The notes under the pieces are model-generated. The model was given only the letters and a program-made list of their open reading frames with translations. It had not been told where the DNA came from and ran no database searches. Shown piece by piece: positions 46,218 through 55,590 of a stretch of 64,000 bases of DNA; the stretch's first letter is position 1, and every line of letters starts with the position of its first letter. The DNA is taken from NCBI GenBank assembly GCA_934747885.1, contig CAKVHE010000002.1, forward strand, positions 258,447 through 322,446, written 5' to 3'. The translations under genes and the position numbers were made by a program. The stretch is from an uncultured Clostridia bacterium. GTDB taxonomy: Bacteria > Bacillota > Clostridia > Christensenellales > UBA1242.

Positions 46218-47180
46218 ATGAAATTTGTTGAATTAAAATTTAATATTGCAAAAGGCTTAAAACTTGGTTACGTTATTTATGGTGACGATGCTTTTTTGAT
46301 AGACAACTCAATTGCGCTAATTGTAAAGGCGCTTGCTCTTACCATGCCGGAAATTAACAAGGTGGTTTATGATGAAACCAAACTATCTTTTGCTGAAATT
46401 GTAAAAGAGGCGCAGGGTATTCCTTTTATAGATGAAAAACGCGTGGTTATTGTAAAAGATTATAAACCAACTGATGTAAAAAATGATGTAAAACTTTTGG
46501 CTGAAAAAAAAGAGGCGCTAGCACATAACTGCTTTATTTTGACTACTGGTGAAAGTGCCGAGGTTGCCAAAAAATTTGAGGGTGTGCTTGAAGCGGTAGA
46601 TTGTAACCATCTAGATGAGCGAATGCTTTATAATTGGATCGTTCAAAAGGTCGGCAAAAGTGGAAAACAAATCACCGAAAATGGGGCGAACCTTTTAATC
46701 AATTATTGCAACGGTGATTTAACGCGTATTTCAACCGAAACCACAAAACTAATTTCTGCTACCGATTTAATTGACGATAAAGTTGTTAAAAACTTGGTGG
46801 TACCAGACCCAGAGTTTGAAATTTTTGAACTAACTGACGCGCTGTCGGCAAAAGACAATAAAAAAGTTTTTGACATAATAAATGCACTAGTTGCAAAAGA
46901 TAAAAATAGTGTTGGGCTAGTACAATTTTTATATTCAACTTTTAGAAGACTGCTTTTGGTTAGTTTGTCTACTGAAGACGAAAACACTTTGGGTGCCAAA
47001 CTTGGCATAAAGCCATACGCTGTAAAAATGGCGCGCAAACAAGCAAAAAAATTTACAATAAAAGATTTAAAGTTAATTAACACAAACTTATCTCAAATTG
47101 ATGTAAAAATTAAAGAGGGTAAGCTTCCTGCTGATTTTTCTATTGAATATGCAGTGTGCAAAATTTTACTTATGAGGTAA
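46218..47180 (+). CDS. holA: DNA polymerase III delta subunit
   Basis: Start at ATG 46218 after aggag. YVIYGDDAFLID near the N-terminus, a size of ~320 aa and the position after comEC fit HolA. Confidence 0.65.
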   Translation: MKFVELKFNIAKGLKLGYVIYGDDAFLIDNSIALIVKALALTMPEINKVVYDETKLSFAEIVKEAQGIPFIDEKRVVIVKDYKPTDVKNDVKLLAEKKEALAHNCFILTTGESAEVAKKFEGVLEAVDCNHLDERMLYNWIVQKVGKSGKQITENGANLLINYCNGDLTRISTETTKLISATDLIDDKVVKNLVVPDPEFEIFELTDALSAKDNKKVFDIINALVAKDKNSVGLVQFLYSTFRRLLLVSLSTEDENTLGAKLGIKPYAVKMARKQAKKFTIKDLKLINTNLSQIDVKIKEGKLPADFSIEYAVCKILLMR

Positions 47181-47181
47181 T

Positions 47182-47772
47182 ATGCAAAAAGTAAGTATAT
47201 TAAAAAATTTTAGAGTGAGGTTTAAAGTAAACGACAAATACAAATCGTTTCGCGAGTCAATTGCGAGCGTTTATTTGTTTTATGTTTCCTTGCTGGTGTA
47301 TTTATTTTTGCCAACCATAAGGTACACCAATTCGCTAGGGCTTAATTTAACAACACTTGTTGGTTTTAGCGACTATTGGTCAAATTTGGTAGTTTTAGTT
47401 TTGGCGGTTAGTTTTTTGGTACATCTAATTTATGCCATGATCTTTTCGTTTATCTCAAGTTCAACAATAAATAATCTTAGAGAGTTTTTGGATAAAAACC
47501 GTATTACCAAATATTTGTACTTTTGGTTTGGGGTTCGCAACTTTGTTGTCGGCGCGTTTAGAGTAATTGAATTTTTTGTGCCTACGCTGATAGTTTTTGA
47601 CTTTTTTGTAAATATAATATTGTCATTGGCAGCTGTGGCAATGTGCTTTTTTGATTTAAAAAAACATGTATATACTGACGTGTTTGCCGGCGTGCAGTTC
47701 GGCCCATTTATTTCGGGCTTTTATTGGTACTACACCATAGTGGTTGTTTTTGAGGTGGTGAGTTGCTTATGA
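47182..47772 (+). CDS. Polytopic membrane protein, function unknown
   Basis: 196 aa with 4-5 hydrophobic helices. It is the only CDS in the window ending in TGA. It overlaps the next gene by 4 nt (ATGA). Confidence 0.45.
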   Translation: MQKVSILKNFRVRFKVNDKYKSFRESIASVYLFYVSLLVYLFLPTIRYTNSLGLNLTTLVGFSDYWSNLVVLVLAVSFLVHLIYAMIFSFISSSTINNLREFLDKNRITKYLYFWFGVRNFVVGAFRVIEFFVPTLIVFDFFVNIILSLAAVAMCFFDLKKHVYTDVFAGVQFGPFISGFYWYYTIVVVFEVVSCL

Positions 47773-49316
47773 TGAAAAGGATATTAAGTATATGTGGCGC
47801 ACTTTTTTGCGCGCTACTTGCTTTGGTAAGTATAAACCCTAATAATTGCTGTAATGCAGCCAGTCGTGATGCGATAAGCAATGCAGATTTTGAAAACTAC
47901 TTGCAAGAGGTTTTTGTAATTAGTGGTGAAAAAAATTTGGCTGATAGACTTGCGGGAAGTGAAGGTGAGGAACAAACAGCAAACCGCATTGTTCAAATTC
48001 TGTTGCGCGACGCGAACAATTTTAAAGTTCTTTCGGGCGCGCCTTTGGCTTTTAGTGCAAGCTATGTTGACGGCGGAACTTTTGTTTCGCACAATGTAGT
48101 GGCTTTAAAAGACAATGCAGACACCGACAAAAAAGTCGTTTTGGTGGCTCCAATGGATAACTATTATGGTATGGCGGTTGGTGAGCAAAAAATAGAGGCA
48201 GAAGGGCTAAACCAAAGTTTGACAGCAATTGTGAGTCTGCTTGCAATTGCAAAAAACTTAAATAATACCAATTTACCGTTTGATTTTGAGATTGCTTTTT
48301 TAGGTGCAGAAAATTATGGTTCATTTGGTAGCGAAAACTATTTAAAAGGCAAAAGCGCAGAAGAATTAAAAAATATAATAAGTGTAATTTATTTGCATGA
48401 TCTATCCGGCGATGCAAACTTAAAATTTTTTGCCGGCGAAAAAACAACTAAAAGTGCAAAAAAGCTGTTTGAACTATTTAACGACGGCAGCACCGAAATC
48501 TTGAAAACGAATACCGAACTTGGGTTAGAAACTAGTACAAAAATTTCTTATTCGTCTTTGGGTATGGATACTTCATTTTGCAATTTTGCCGAAAAGAAAC
48601 TTGGTGTAATATCAATATTTGCAAACAACAAATATATTGACTTTGAAGAAATAAATGCAGACACCATTGCAGGGGCAAAAGAGCGATATGGTGAGGAATA
48701 TCTAAAAAATGCCACTGCAGTTACAAATAGTACTATAAATATGCTGACTAGTGAAAACTTTGCTAGTCTTGCAAGTGGCGTATACAAGTTTTCTAGTTTT
48801 AGGCTAAATCTGCGTTTGATTATGGCAATTATTTTGCTTGCAATAACGATAGCGCTTTATGTAATTTGTAAACATTATTCTTATGTTCTAGCGAAGAAAG
48901 AAAAAGAAAATTTTGATAAATTGGGCAAAGACGCGATATTTGATAGTTTTTATGACAGATATGACGTTTGCGAAGATCTTGGCAATTCGTATGATTTATT
49001 TAAGGATATTAAAGACGAAGACGACCGTATGTATATAATAAACAAAGTGCTTGAAGAAGAAATGAACCAAGCGCGCGAGCAAATGGAAAACGGTAAAAAT
49101 ATGAAAAACGTTGAGACTTGGGCTGATCTTGAAAAAATAAAAAAAGAATACTTTGACAAAATTCAAAAAGAGGTCAAAGACAAGGCAGAGGGCGCAGAAG
49201 AGATTTCTGCCATTCCCGAAGAGCAAAAGAAAACAGATGTTATAGAGTCCGCGCCAGATGCTAGTTCTGCAAAGAGCAATGGCGCAGAAGACAAGGCTAA
49301 AAATTTAAAAAAATAA
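47769..49316 (+). CDS. Secreted M28-peptidase-like domain protein with TM anchor and charged cytoplasmic tail (active site apparently degenerate)
   Basis: Signal peptide MMKRILSICGALFCALLALVS. LAGSEGEEQTANRIVQ, HNVVALK, VVLVAPMDN and FLGAENYGSFGSENYL follow the M28 aminopeptidase layout, but the usual HxD, DNASG and EE metal motifs are altered. TM helix LIMAIILLAITIALYVI, then a Lys/Glu/Asp-rich tail. Confidence 0.5.
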   Translation: MMKRILSICGALFCALLALVSINPNNCCNAASRDAISNADFENYLQEVFVISGEKNLADRLAGSEGEEQTANRIVQILLRDANNFKVLSGAPLAFSASYVDGGTFVSHNVVALKDNADTDKKVVLVAPMDNYYGMAVGEQKIEAEGLNQSLTAIVSLLAIAKNLNNTNLPFDFEIAFLGAENYGSFGSENYLKGKSAEELKNIISVIYLHDLSGDANLKFFAGEKTTKSAKKLFELFNDGSTEILKTNTELGLETSTKISYSSLGMDTSFCNFAEKKLGVISIFANNKYIDFEEINADTIAGAKERYGEEYLKNATAVTNSTINMLTSENFASLASGVYKFSSFRLNLRLIMAIILLAITIALYVICKHYSYVLAKKEKENFDKLGKDAIFDSFYDRYDVCEDLGNSYDLFKDIKDEDDRMYIINKVLEEEMNQAREQMENGKNMKNVETWADLEKIKKEYFDKIQKEVKDKAEGAEEISAIPEEQKKTDVIESAPDASSAKSNGAEDKAKNLKK

Positions 49317-49367
49317 ATGAAAGTCAACGCGACCATTTGCAGAAAAAATAAATTATCTTACAAAATA

Positions 49368-49400
49368 AAAAGCTCACAGAAATAATCTGTGAGTTTTTTA
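49368..49400 (+). terminator. Rho-independent terminator
   Basis: Stem ctcacaga (49373-49380) / tctgtgag (49387-49394), followed by a T6 run. Confidence 0.75.
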
Positions 49401-49413
49401 CTATCAAAATCTA

Positions 49414-49445
49414 ACAAAAAAGCCACAAACTAAATGTGGCTTAAA
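49414..49445 (-). terminator. Rho-independent terminator after rpsT
   Basis: Stem agccaca (49421-49427) / tgtggct (49435-49441). On the minus strand it is followed by a T-run (A6 at 49415-49420). Confidence 0.75.
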
Positions 49446-49446
49446 A

Positions 49447-49713
49447 TTACTTGTTTAAAGTATTTAATTCTTTGGCTAGGTTAGCTTTTTTTCTGTTTGC
49501 ACAGTTTTTATGAATGGCACCCTTAGAAGCAGTTTTATCAATAACGGCGCAGGTGGTAGGGTACAATTTTGTAGCTTCTTCCTTGTTGCCTTCTTGAACG
49601 GCTTTATCAAATTTTTTGATTTGAGTTTTCATAGCCGACTTTTCTGCTTTGTTGCGTGCATTGTTGCGTAAACCAATATCAATTCTTTTTTTCGATGATT
49701 TAATGTTTGCCAT
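49447..49713 (-). CDS. rpsT: 30S ribosomal protein S20
   Basis: 88 aa. MANIKSSKKRIDIGLRNNARNKAEKSAMKT is canonical S20. Confidence 0.95.
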   Translation of the reverse strand: MANIKSSKKRIDIGLRNNARNKAEKSAMKTQIKKFDKAVQEGNKEEATKLYPTTCAVIDKTASKGAIHKNCANRKKANLAKELNTLNK

Positions 49714-49828
49714 TGCTTCGCTCCTTATCGTTTGTCATAGAGAATTCTAACATATTTACGTTTGTTTTGCAAGTGTTTTGATAAAAATTTATGTTTATTT
49801 TTTATTAGATTTGCCAACAACTATATAT

Positions 49829-50674
49829 ATGAAAAACAATTACGCTATGCGCACCGATATGGCGGTGGAGTTTAAAACCAAAGCGCGTCAAAAGATTGCC
49901 GGTGCCAAATTTGTAACAAGAAAAATTGAGGGCCTTACCATAACTGAATGTGTGCTGGATAAAGCAAACGCGCTAGGTAGGCCAAGCGGACACTATATAA
50001 CGCTTGAATCGCCGTTGCCGGCGACAGATGAAAGCCCAAGGCTTTGCAACCAGATTATAAAAGTTTTAACGGAATATTTGCGGGCGTGTATGGCTACAAA
50101 AACCAATATTTTGGTAGTTGGTATTGGCAATGAAAATTTAGTCAGTGATTCGCTTGGTCCGCGCACGATAGAGCGCATAATGGTGTCTAGAAGCGAGGGT
50201 GGCAAATTGGCGACTGGTTATTCGAACGCGGCACCTATTGTGTCAAAATTGTGCCCTAGCGTGCTTGGAAACACTGGCATAGAAAGCTTTGACATTATAA
50301 AATCGGTAATTAAACAAATAAAGCCCGATGTGGTGGTTGCAATAGATAGTTTGTGTTCGCGCTCACTTGCGCGCCTTGGCACTTCTTTTCAAATTGCGAC
50401 ATCGGGTATTGTGCCGGGTTCGGGCGTGGGTAATCACCAAACCGAACTCTCTGCAAAAACTTTGGGTGTGCCGGTAATTGCAATTGGCGTGCCAATGATT
50501 GTTGGGCTTTATTGTCTAACTGATGGCGATGTGCCGCAAAATATGATAAAGTGCAAAAGCAAAATTGATGCCACGGCTACCGATTTTGTTGTGTCGCCAA
50601 AAGAACTAGATTTGGTTGTGGATGCGTCAGCAAAAATTTTGGCTGAGGCAATAAACCACGCAAATTTTGATTAA
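49829..50674 (+). CDS. gpr: Germination protease GPR-like endopeptidase (short form)
   Basis: MRTDMAVE N-terminal motif, VVGIGNENLVSDSLGP, VVAIDSL and QIATSGIVPGSGVGN follow the GPR spore-protease signature. Start uncertain (ATG 49829 or 49847), with no clear SD. The position after rpsT matches the Bacillus gene order. Confidence 0.7.
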   Translation: MKNNYAMRTDMAVEFKTKARQKIAGAKFVTRKIEGLTITECVLDKANALGRPSGHYITLESPLPATDESPRLCNQIIKVLTEYLRACMATKTNILVVGIGNENLVSDSLGPRTIERIMVSRSEGGKLATGYSNAAPIVSKLCPSVLGNTGIESFDIIKSVIKQIKPDVVVAIDSLCSRSLARLGTSFQIATSGIVPGSGVGNHQTELSAKTLGVPVIAIGVPMIVGLYCLTDGDVPQNMIKCKSKIDATATDFVVSPKELDLVVDASAKILAEAINHANFD

Positions 50675-50693
50675 CCTTTAAGCAAAAATGGCA

Positions 50694-50726
50694 TAAAAAA
50701 AGCATCTCTGTGGAGATGCTTTTAGT
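50694..50726. terminator. Bidirectional terminator between gpr and the convergent surface-protein gene
   Basis: Stem aagcatctc (50700-50708) / gagatgctt (50714-50722), flanked by an A7 run and TTT. Confidence 0.75.
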
Positions 50727-53492
50727 TTATTTAACTCGCACTCTGCGACGAGTTTTTGTAACAATTACTGCAATTGAAACAACTGCGGTTACAATCAAAA
50801 CAATTAACACAATTAAGGCTGCGTTGGTTTTGTAATACTTTTCAATTTGTAATTCGTATACATTTCCATAGTTGTCGGTAAGTTGAATAGTGTACAAGCC
50901 GTTTTTAGAAAAACTGCGGTTGCCGCTAGATAGGGCGTCAAAGCTTGCAAGTTCGGCGGCGGTGTATTCTTTTAAAACATTGCCATTTAGCAAAACTACC
51001 AAAGATTTTAAGTTGTTACCAATAAGATTTGTTATAATAACATTGGTGGTAATGCGTCCGCCAGCTTCACCAGAATCTAGCGAAATGCCAAGGGTTTGTT
51101 TTTCAATTTCAATTGAATATTCTTTTTCGGCATAAGCGCTGCAAGTTTGCTTAACGCCGTTTGCCAAAAATTCTGCAGATTCGTTAAAGCCAACGGTAAG
51201 GACATACACGCCTTGGGTAAGTAGGTGATAAGAGTCGGCGTTAGGCAAGTCTTCGTACGCCACTGGCAATACGGAAGTTCTTAGCTTTAATGCAAACAAA
51301 CTTTGGTTGGCTTGTTTGTTAAAGGTAAAGCCTTGATACTTTTCGGTAAGCAAAGTAAATGCGTGTTTGGCGGCAATATTGGAGCCGTTTACAATTTCGA
51401 TGCGCCAACTGCCGATTGTGCTTAGGTAAACAGTTGTGCTTTCGGCGCCAGACAAAAACAAAACGTTGTTGCGGTAAATATTAAAGGTGTCGCCGGCACT
51501 CAATTGAATATTGGCATTAACGGCATATTTTGAATAATCATTTAATTTTAAAATTTCATTATCGTTTGAGGTTGTGACAATAATAGATGTGCCGTTTACG
51601 GTAAATTCATAAACTTGATAAAACTCTTTGTAGCTATCAAAACTGGTTAATATTTCGGTGGAAATATAACTAGCCATTTCGTAGTTTGGCAAGGTGTAAA
51701 TTTCAAGTTTGTAGTTGCCTGGTTTGGTAAAACTAATGTGGTCGCCTGCCAAAAAGTCATAAAAATTGATGTATTGGGTGCCGTTGTAGGTTAGGGTGGA
51801 ATTAACGGTAACATTATAACTTTTGCCGCTGCTAGATTGATAGTAGTCCGAAACGGTAAGCGTTTTTGAATTGGTATCAAAACTAAAGGTGTTGGATAAG
51901 GTAAATTTTACGCCGCTACTGTCGTAGTGTGAAGTGTCGGTATCAATATTATAGCAATAGGTATTAAAACGGAAGGCGTAAAAGGTATTAAAGTTAAATT
52001 CGGTATTGTTTACATAAACCAAAACATCACAATTAACCTTGTCAATAATATCTTTGTAATAGCCATGTAGTTGGGTTAATTCAGTTACGTTTCCGTTTTC
52101 TTTTACGGCCAAATTAACACCATCGCCGGTTGGCTTTAAAATACGGATAGTAGAAGTAACGGTGTTGGTAATGGTGGTGCTGTTTGTTAGCACGCCATTT
52201 AGGCAGTTGCGCAAATAGTTAATATTTTCACCATGCACACTGTAACTGTATTGGTTTAGATAAATTGCAAAGTCGTAAATATTATTAGAAGATACCGGAA
52301 CTTTGGTAATAACTTTAAAGGTTTGAAGTTGTGAGTAAGAATTTGTAAGTTCTAGGTCGCCCAGATTGCAGTTTAGTTCAAACACCGAGTGGTCAACTTC
52401 TGGGGTATAAAACCAAATAGATTTGGCGCCGTCACCATCGGTTAATATTTCAATATCTTTTAGCTCGGTATTTACTATTGCACCGGTATTTTGAGCGTTC
52501 ATATCTTTTTGTGTGATACTAAAAGCTAACAGGTCAAAAAATTTGTTTATATCCGCACTAGAAACCAACATATTTTGAGTAGTTTTTGTAGTGGTTTTGT
52601 CTATTGCGATATTAAGGCTGAGTGCCGAGTTAAACACATAATAATTTTCGGCACCATACGGATCAAATGAAAAGTTTGCTTTATTGATTTTGTTTGCACT
52701 GCTAAGAGCAGATTTGTAGTTTGCGTTGTAATAATTTATTACAAGGTTTGGCGTTAGTATATTAAAGGTTAAGGTTACGTCTTGCGTGCCGTTTTTTGAT
52801 TTAAAGGTGATGGAAGTTTTGCCAATGTAGCCCTTTGGAACAACCAAGGTGGTAGTTGCGCTGGCGTTAGGGGTAGCTTTTGCGGTAAAGACGGAGCCAG
52901 TTAAAACCAAATTGTACAAATTTTGTGCATAGGTTAAATCAAGTTCGCCATCTGCAAAAATATAATATTCACCTTTATAGATATAAACCGGTGAACTTTT
53001 TTCGCCTGAGTTTATACGAAGATTGGCAATATTGCTTTCCACTAGGCTTGGGACAAAGTCAAAAGACGATTGATGGTTGGAATAACTACCGTCCGGTTCA
53101 CGGATAGAATAGTTTACAATATATCTTGCTGGCGTGGTAAAGTAATAAGACGAAGTGTTTTCGGTGCTGCCAGAAAAATTGCAGTTTCTGCCTAGTTCGT
53201 CTTGTGTAAGTGTGTAAAGCGCGGTGCCGATTTCTTGTTTGATATTAAGGCTGGTTAATGCGGCGCCCTTTGGGTTGATTACTAAATAACTTACCATGTT
53301 GTCGGTGTTGTTTCCAAAAATTTCGGTTGAGGCAGAAATTGTGTTGGCTGTTTGTTGCATTTCGGTTTGGTTTGGCGAGGTGCTAAAATTGCTATTTTTG
53401 TTTTGCATTAGTTCAACGCCAAAGGAAAACATAAGGGCGACAATAGTTGCAATAATGCCAAATAGTGTTAACTTTTTAAAAAGTTTGTTCAT
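50727..53492 (-). CDS. Large surface protein, N-terminal signal/anchor and C-terminal TM anchor (candidate adhesin of the T4SS-like module)
   Basis: 921 aa. RBS aggagaaacc. N-terminal LTLFGIIATIVALMFSFGV. A ~850-aa Asn/Thr/Ser/Tyr-rich beta-type ectodomain. C-terminal ALIVLIVLIVTAVVSIAVIV followed by TKTRRRVRVK. No LPXTG motif. Confidence 0.6.
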   Translation of the reverse strand: MNKLFKKLTLFGIIATIVALMFSFGVELMQNKNSNFSTSPNQTEMQQTANTISASTEIFGNNTDNMVSYLVINPKGAALTSLNIKQEIGTALYTLTQDELGRNCNFSGSTENTSSYYFTTPARYIVNYSIREPDGSYSNHQSSFDFVPSLVESNIANLRINSGEKSSPVYIYKGEYYIFADGELDLTYAQNLYNLVLTGSVFTAKATPNASATTTLVVPKGYIGKTSITFKSKNGTQDVTLTFNILTPNLVINYYNANYKSALSSANKINKANFSFDPYGAENYYVFNSALSLNIAIDKTTTKTTQNMLVSSADINKFFDLLAFSITQKDMNAQNTGAIVNTELKDIEILTDGDGAKSIWFYTPEVDHSVFELNCNLGDLELTNSYSQLQTFKVITKVPVSSNNIYDFAIYLNQYSYSVHGENINYLRNCLNGVLTNSTTITNTVTSTIRILKPTGDGVNLAVKENGNVTELTQLHGYYKDIIDKVNCDVLVYVNNTEFNFNTFYAFRFNTYCYNIDTDTSHYDSSGVKFTLSNTFSFDTNSKTLTVSDYYQSSSGKSYNVTVNSTLTYNGTQYINFYDFLAGDHISFTKPGNYKLEIYTLPNYEMASYISTEILTSFDSYKEFYQVYEFTVNGTSIIVTTSNDNEILKLNDYSKYAVNANIQLSAGDTFNIYRNNVLFLSGAESTTVYLSTIGSWRIEIVNGSNIAAKHAFTLLTEKYQGFTFNKQANQSLFALKLRTSVLPVAYEDLPNADSYHLLTQGVYVLTVGFNESAEFLANGVKQTCSAYAEKEYSIEIEKQTLGISLDSGEAGGRITTNVIITNLIGNNLKSLVVLLNGNVLKEYTAAELASFDALSSGNRSFSKNGLYTIQLTDNYGNVYELQIEKYYKTNAALIVLIVLIVTAVVSIAVIVTKTRRRVRVK

Positions 53493-53534
53493 TGGTTTCT
53501 CCTAGTTAATATAGGTTGTGTTAAAATTTTATTT

Positions 53535-55514
53535 TTAGCCCAAAACTTTACGATTTCGTTCGCGAATATCATAAAATACTTGTTCTTCGTTAAGTCGGCG
53601 ACCAGGGATGTATGGCATATCCATTTGACCTATTTTATAAATGTCTGGAGCTTCAAAGTATGGGGTAATTTCGGAGTTTATTGGGCCTTTGCCAAAAACT
53701 TTTACAATTAGGTTGCCCATTTTTAATTTGTCTAGGTCGGAAGGGAACAGCAGTGGTCTGGTTTGCAAACTGGTGTTAGTGCTTGGCGAGGTTTTGCCGT
53801 CGCTAGTTTTGCTTTCGCCTTTACTTCCAACTTTTATAGTATAGTTGCCAAGTTCTTTACTAAAGGCTTCACGGGTTTCTTGCGATGGCGTACCAAGGAA
53901 GATACGCGTGTTGCAGTTGTCCATAACGATACTTGCGGTGTTTTTGCCGTAGCAATTTTCGAGTTGGGCATAAGATTGAATAATCATATTTAAGTAAATG
54001 CGGCGAGAACGAGCAACGGTAATTATTTTTTCTAGTTTGGATAGTGGCGGCATATTTGCAAACTCATCCAAAATAAAGAACATAGCGCGTTTTAATGCTG
54101 GCGGCTTAGATTTTGAAGCGTCCTTTGAAATAACTTCGTTTTGACGCGCTTTATGAACAAATTCCTTGTATGCCTGTGAAATACAAACGGTTGCAAGAGC
54201 ATAACGCGTTTCTTTTTCGTCGGGTATTTTCATAAAGAAAGCCGTAGGTCGTTCATCAAAACTTTGAAAGTCTAGTTCATTTTTGCTGGTAAGATAGCAA
54301 ATACCATTGTCGGCAAAAAGCGCCAATTTTTGGTTAAGGGTGGACATATAACTATCGCGAGTTTGTTTTGCGTTGGAATAAACGATATGCGAGCAAAGTT
54401 CAACTGTTTTAGATAGTGGGCTTCTGCCATTAAAATAGTCTTTTACGTATTCTAGGTCGTTTTCCTTGTTCATTGCAATTTTGTATAGGTTGTAAAAGTT
54501 GTAGCGGTCAACCGTCATGCCAAGGGCAGGGTTTTCGCTATCTTCTAGCATTGCAATCATAACGGCAACCATATAGTCGCGGGCACCTTGCTCCCAAGTT
54601 GCTTGTTTTGGATCGGTTATTGGGCAAAGAGCCGCCGCAATATCGTTTATGTCATCAAAACATTCGTCACGCAGTTTGGTTTTTTCTACTTCAACTTCGG
54701 TAAAGGCATCACGCAAAGACGAAAAGGCTTTGTTGTCAAATTCGTACCATTCTTTGCTGTTTATGTCACCAACTCTCACAAAACCATAAGCGTTTATGTC
54801 GTCATTGGTGTGCTTAAAAATTTCTTGTTCTAGGTTTAATTGTCGTTGATATTTGGTATAAATAGATTCAAGGGGGTTCCATCTAAGCGAGTTGTATGGG
54901 TTAATTAAGTCCAAAACTTTTACGTCGTAACCTTGTTCTTTTAAAAACTGGCTGTGATGTGCAAAAAGTTCACCTTTTGGGTCAGTAATAAACATGCTAG
55001 ATTTTGTTTTCATTTTGCCCAAAATTTGAATGGTAGGTTCTACAAACGCGGTAGATTTACCAACACCGGTGGTACCAACAATTAGTGCGTGATAACTAGG
55101 GGTGAAGTGTATTTTTATGTCGCCACGGCGATATACCGCTCTAAAAGGAATACCTTCGGTATAAAAGTCGCCAAGGTTGGACCAAAAGCAGTGTTTAAAC
55201 TTGGCATCTAGTTCTTTGCCTTCAATCCATTTTACATTTTCAAGGTCTTTTTCGCCTTTAAGACTGCTGCCGTCTTTTTTATCTGCGCCAGTAAACGAAA
55301 CCAAATACACAACAAATATGGTGCCGCCAACCAACAGGGCGTAGGTATAGGTGTCACCCATTGTTGCCGTTGATATAAATTCTTCAAAATGGAAACCGTC
55401 TGGTTTCATAAACAGGTAGGTAATTGTCATGCCCAAAATATAAGAAATCGCTGCAAAAATCAAACCCCAAAAAATAAATTTTTTCATTGTCGCTTTTAAG
55501 TCTGTTTTGGCCAT
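53535..55514 (-). CDS. Type IV coupling protein (VirD4/TraG family ATPase)
   Basis: Two N-terminal TM helices (FIFWGLIFAAISYILGMTITYLF, YTYALLVGGTIFVVYLVSF). Walker A VGTTGVGKST and Walker B-like MFFILDEFANM. The size of ~660 aa is typical of T4CPs. Start set at the ATG (55514) with 8-nt spacing to agggg, rather than GTG 55523. Confidence 0.8.
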   Translation of the reverse strand: MAKTDLKATMKKFIFWGLIFAAISYILGMTITYLFMKPDGFHFEEFISTATMGDTYTYALLVGGTIFVVYLVSFTGADKKDGSSLKGEKDLENVKWIEGKELDAKFKHCFWSNLGDFYTEGIPFRAVYRRGDIKIHFTPSYHALIVGTTGVGKSTAFVEPTIQILGKMKTKSSMFITDPKGELFAHHSQFLKEQGYDVKVLDLINPYNSLRWNPLESIYTKYQRQLNLEQEIFKHTNDDINAYGFVRVGDINSKEWYEFDNKAFSSLRDAFTEVEVEKTKLRDECFDDINDIAAALCPITDPKQATWEQGARDYMVAVMIAMLEDSENPALGMTVDRYNFYNLYKIAMNKENDLEYVKDYFNGRSPLSKTVELCSHIVYSNAKQTRDSYMSTLNQKLALFADNGICYLTSKNELDFQSFDERPTAFFMKIPDEKETRYALATVCISQAYKEFVHKARQNEVISKDASKSKPPALKRAMFFILDEFANMPPLSKLEKIITVARSRRIYLNMIIQSYAQLENCYGKNTASIVMDNCNTRIFLGTPSQETREAFSKELGNYTIKVGSKGESKTSDGKTSPSTNTSLQTRPLLFPSDLDKLKMGNLIVKVFGKGPINSEITPYFEAPDIYKIGQMDMPYIPGRRLNEEQVFYDIRERNRKVLG

Positions 55515-55547
55515 GGCATGCACCCCTATATATTATTAGATAAATAA

Positions 55548-55575
55548 ATTATAACATACCTTAAAATAACCTCAA
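55548..55575 (-). promoter_or_regulatory. Sigma-A-like promoter for the T4CP / surface-protein operon
   Basis: On the minus strand: TTGAGG (55575-55570), 16-nt spacer, TATAAT (55553-55548), with a TGn extension. Confidence 0.4.
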
Positions 55576-55590
55576 AACAAAAAATGGGTA

